Origin: Malacoraja senta
Lineage: Eukaryota
DNA length: 64,000 nt
Direction: 5' to 3'
Assembly: GCA_038087875.1 (NCBI GenBank)
Contig: CM075977.1
Span: 224,936,001 to 225,000,000 of the forward strand
The translations under genes were made by a program, and so were the position numbers. Position 1 is the first letter of the stretch. Each line of letters starts with the position of its first letter. Of the stretch, positions 63,542-64,000 are shown one piece after another. The notes under the pieces are model-generated. The model worked only from the letters and a program-made list of their open reading frames with translations, was not told the origin of the DNA and did no database searches.

Positions 63542-63840
63542 GTCCCAACCCCACCCAAGTTGTTGTACCAGCTTCAAGGTTGTCTTGTTGAGTCTCATTG
63601 TCTGTAACTCGTTTTCACCTAGGCCACAGCTAACAATGGCCTGTTCCCTTTATCATCGTAACTTTTTAGCATATCTTTCATTCATTTCTTCTTTATCTCT
63701 CTATATCACCGCCCATATCTCTCATTTCTCTTTCCCCTGCCTCTCAGTCTAAAGAAGGATCTCGACCTGAAACATCACCTATTCCTTTTCTCTGGAGGTG
63801 CCTTCTGACCGGCTGAGTTACTCCAGCATTTTGTGTCTGA
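63385..63840 (+). mobile_element. Penelope-like element 3' end (GIY-YIG C-terminus, (TC)n, pLTR)
   Basis: FRLGSLQPSGMNVDFSNFK*; (TC)n at 63456-63536; CAGTCTAAAGAAGGATCTCGACCTGAAACATC. Confidence 0.85.
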
Positions 63841-64000
63841 TTTCTACTGTCTACCAAACAATGGCATCCTGATGTTATTGGTCAGATTCCAATCCCTTGA
63901 GCCACTCAGTAGTGAGTTGATACGGAAAATAATTAAAATAATTACACAAAATAATTGTCTTGCTTTGAGATGGAACTTCTTGGTGTAATGTCTTCAAATG

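Overview
Eukaryotic (vertebrate) genomic DNA, most likely from a cartilaginous fish such as a skate or ray; this is inferred from the HE1/V-SINE-like SINEs and HER1-like CR1 LINEs. One host gene is supported, on the minus strand: an IQCM-like (IQ motif containing M) gene. It has five coding exons with GT-AG boundaries and matching phases (50414-49641, 47075-46915, 33624-33478, 14697-14517, 438-294; about 469 codons) and runs off the left end of the window. Most of the rest is intronic or upstream sequence densely filled with mobile DNA. This includes many CR1 LINE fragments, Rex1/Babar fragments, an L1 3' end with a 15-bp TSD and a decayed full-length Gypsy element with a tRNA-Ser PBS. There are also non-autonomous Helitrons at four loci carrying internal tandem repeats, two Harbinger-like MITEs, an unclassified TIR element, a CGGBP1-like hAT transposase relic and V-SINEs. 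The most notable signal is a family of short (about 100-500 bp) Penelope-derived insertions. Most carry a minimal hammerhead-ribozyme core (consensus CTGAAGA-A-GGGT-CTCG-ACCC-GAAAC-GTC), are often arranged as inverted repeats, and repeatedly show ~14-bp target-site duplications. All family assignments come from motif recognition, not database searches. There is a 200-N assembly gap at 25689-25888.
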